Source of the DNA: an uncultured Nitrososphaerota archaeon
Lineage (GTDB): Archaea; Asgardarchaeota; Njordarchaeia; Njordarchaeales; Njordarchaeaceae
NCBI GenBank assembly: GCA_964518475.1
Contig: CAZFGR010000001.1
Coordinates: 64,001-128,000, forward strand
DNA: 64,000 bases
Direction of reading: 5' to 3'
In this document: positions 61,618 through 64,000 of the stretch, piece after piece
How the letters are laid out: every line of letters begins with the position of its first letter
Numbering within the stretch: position 1 is the stretch's first letter
Made by a program: the position numbers and the translations under genes
The notes under the pieces: model-generated
Told to the model about the DNA's origin: nothing
The model's input: the letters and a program-made list of their open reading frames with translations, nothing else
Databases searched by the model: none

Positions 61618-64000
61618 TCATTGCATTACTCTTTCTAACTTTGTTAAAATTGTCGAAGCATCGATTTCCGATGATGCTATGAGACCAAATTTTATAATCC
61701 GGCCCTTAGCTCCTATCTTTTCGATAATTTCTTTCAATTTTTCTAGGAAGTTCTTTGACCCAGCCGCAACTATTGTTGTCTTGCCTCCTACTGTACTAGC
61801 CAGTATGATGTCTCTATGTAAATTGTTTAAACGTTTTAGCACTTCTATCATTAGGTTATGAGGGAAATCAATACGAACTAACAATACGTCTCCGGGAAGC
61901 TTCTTACCCTCCTTTTCAATAATCGTTTCTAGATGATTTAATATTAAGTTCGAGAGCTTCGTAATATGTTCTTGTTGATCTTTCCATTCTTCAAAGAAAC
62001 GTTTAACGGTCTTCGGCAAGTCTCCCGGCACTACTTTGAGAATTTCGCATGATTCCTTTAAGTATTTCTCTTGTTCCTTAATATATTCGTAAGCTCTTTC
62101 ACCAGCTACGAAGATTAATCTTACAACCCCGTCATGGATTCTTCGGGTACCTATTATTTTTATAAACCCAATTTCGCCAGTAGATCGTACATGTGTACCT
62201 CCGCAAGCCTCAACTTCCCAATCCTTTACAGACACTATTCTAAGATATTTTCCAGGAACCGCCCCTCCTTGATAAATCCTCACTCCATATTTCTTTTCAG
62301 CCGTTGTTCTATCAAGTATTTCGATTTTGACTGGTCTGTTCTCCATAACAATCTTATTAGCTAATTCCTCAATCCTGTTTATTTCTTCTTCAGTGAGATT
62401 CTTATGATGTGATATATCAAGTCGCGCGTACTTCTCCGATTTTTCAGCACCAACCTGCCAAACATGAGGCCCCAAAACGTATCGAGCTGCGGCATTAACT
62501 ATGTGTGTAGCTGTATGATGTTTCATGTGTAACCAGCGACGTCTCCAATTTATTTTACCGTGAATTGTTTTTCCTACTAATTCTCTTTCGACCGGAGAAT
62601 CAACAACATGAACGATAACGTTTCCTATTTTCCTGACGTCTACTACCTTAAGTATTTTTCCATCGATAATTATTTCTCCAGTATCCTCTAACTGGCCTCC
62701 ACCTCTTGGATAAAAAGCAGTCTGATCTAGAACTACGTAGTGATTCTTAACAAAGACTATCTTAGCATCAAACTCTTTCATATACTGATCTTCGTAGTAA
62801 AGAGGCTTTGTCGAAGGAAGTCCCTCCAATACTTTTCCTAGACTTCGTCTAATGGTTTCTTCTAGATCTTCTTTTCTTTCTTCTCCACTTTTTGCTTGTT
62901 TTTCTAATCGTATTAAGTCAAAGAAGTTAGGTGGTATCTCTACCTTTACTCCTTGCTTCTTTGCTATCTCTTCCACACTAGATGGGGGTAATCCATGGTT
63001 TATGTAAAGATCTCGTAGTATCTCATAGCGGATAACTTTTAGTTTCTTCTTTTTTATTAGTCTTAACAATTCAGCGATACCTTTCTCGAGCGATGATTTG
63101 TAACGCTGTAGTTCTACTTTCCAAACATCTACAACTACGTCCCGTCCTTCTTCTATTCTCGGAAAACTCTCCGAGAAATAATCTATCTGTTTATGGAGTA
63201 GTTCTTCCCAATCTATTTGGAAATTCATATTCTCCGCTAACGAAACCGCTCTTCTCAGTATCATTCTTAGGTTATATGCGCCTCCCACGTTTGATGGTAT
63301 ACCTCCGTCTGGAATCGCGAAAACTAGAGTTTTTGTGTGATCGAGTATAGCATATACTGCTTCGATGGGTGCTAGTTTATCCTCTAATTCCTTAAGGGAG
63401 AATCCTAGAAGACTTGCTATCTTTTCTCTTGATTTCTTGAACCTTTCTGGGGATTTCGTATCCAGTATACCCGATAGTTTCGCGTATTTCACCAATAGTT
63501 CTTTATCAATTTCTAATCCTATTTGGTTTTTCAACCATTCAAACACGGGTCCAAAAGTAGCTTCATAAATCGTGGGTGTTCTTTGCCTAAACCAAGCGAT
63601 TCTCTCTAGTCCCCACCCAACATCAAGAACTTTTAATTTGAGTGGTGCCCATCTACTATCAATGAATTCATACTGCATAAATACTCCATTAACTATTTCT
63701 AATCCATAAGCAAAAGTTTCAATAGAAGGACCAAAGTTTCCTCCTCCGCTCCATACATCTTCCTTATAGGTGAGTTCCTCTGACGGTATTTCAAGGACTT
63801 TTGTCATGAATTCAAAGTTGTATCGAAGATACTCGTCTTTCCAGTAGATCCATGATTTCTCTGAGTTGAAAGCGTGTTGACCTCCCATCGTAAAACTCGT
63901 GAGATGTCTTCCCGTTTTACCAATGTTATCTATATCGCTAAACTCACCTCCAAACCTAAGACATGGCTGAGGAATAACTAGAGGATTTGCTGGGGGATCC
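61618..64000 (-). CDS. alaS: Alanine--tRNA ligase (5' end beyond the window)
   Basis: Frame stays open to the edge (PANPLVIPQPCLRF...GRHLTSFTMGGQHAFN); WSGGGNFGP, DHTKT, HHTATH and EACGGTH motifs. Confidence 0.96.
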   Translation of the reverse strand, partial: DPPANPLVIPQPCLRFGGEFSDIDNIGKTGRHLTSFTMGGQHAFNSEKSWIYWKDEYLRYNFEFMTKVLEIPSEELTYKEDVWSGGGNFGPSIETFAYGLEIVNGVFMQYEFIDSRWAPLKLKVLDVGWGLERIAWFRQRTPTIYEATFGPVFEWLKNQIGLEIDKELLVKYAKLSGILDTKSPERFKKSREKIASLLGFSLKELEDKLAPIEAVYAILDHTKTLVFAIPDGGIPSNVGGAYNLRMILRRAVSLAENMNFQIDWEELLHKQIDYFSESFPRIEEGRDVVVDVWKVELQRYKSSLEKGIAELLRLIKKKKLKVIRYEILRDLYINHGLPPSSVEEIAKKQGVKVEIPPNFFDLIRLEKQAKSGEERKEDLEETIRRSLGKVLEGLPSTKPLYYEDQYMKEFDAKIVFVKNHYVVLDQTAFYPRGGGQLEDTGEIIIDGKILKVVDVRKIGNVIVHVVDSPVERELVGKTIHGKINWRRRWLHMKHHTATHIVNAAARYVLGPHVWQVGAEKSEKYARLDISHHKNLTEEEINRIEELANKIVMENRPVKIEILDRTTAEKKYGVRIYQGGAVPGKYLRIVSVKDWEVEACGGTHVRSTGEIGFIKIIGTRRIHDGVVRLIFVAGERAYEYIKEQEKYLKESCEILKVVPGDLPKTVKRFFEEWKDQQEHITKLSNLILNHLETIIEKEGKKLPGDVLLVRIDFPHNLMIEVLKRLNNLHRDIILASTVGGKTTIVAAGSKNFLEKLKEIIEKIGAKGRIIKFGLIASSEIDASTILTKLERVMQ

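Overview
A 64-kb stretch of core chromosome from an AT-rich, probably thermophilic archaeon carrying several Asgard-type eukaryotic signature genes (lineage inferred from gene content only). It is dense in translation, ribosome-biogenesis and proteostasis genes: EF-1alpha, aIF6, Nob1, Rio2, FAU-1, nine ribosomal proteins, SecY/SecE, Spt5, TFE, Rpo11, proteasome alpha and beta, CDC48, and AlaRS (truncated by the window edge). It also has pyrE/pyrF, a tungsten aldehyde oxidoreductase module, two tRNAs (Gly-GCC; Arg-GCG with a BHB intron) and four C/D-box guide sRNAs. Main finding: the EF-1alpha gene is interrupted by a 31-nt frameshifting insert (29853-29883) with a bulge-helix-bulge fold. Cutting it at the canonical tRNA-splicing-endonuclease positions restores the conserved RDMG motif exactly, which indicates a tRNA-type intron in the mRNA of an essential translation factor. 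Other notable items are a UFC1-like (UFM1 E2) protein, Vps4, Vps25 and Vps22/36 genes, a MoxR-VWA fusion with an in-phase A_AAA_AAC slippery site at the domain boundary, an NSUN6-like protein lacking both catalytic cysteines, a longin-like protein, and several small genes missed by the ORF track. No CRISPR array or mobile element was seen. All homology calls are by eye and from recalled motifs, not from searches.
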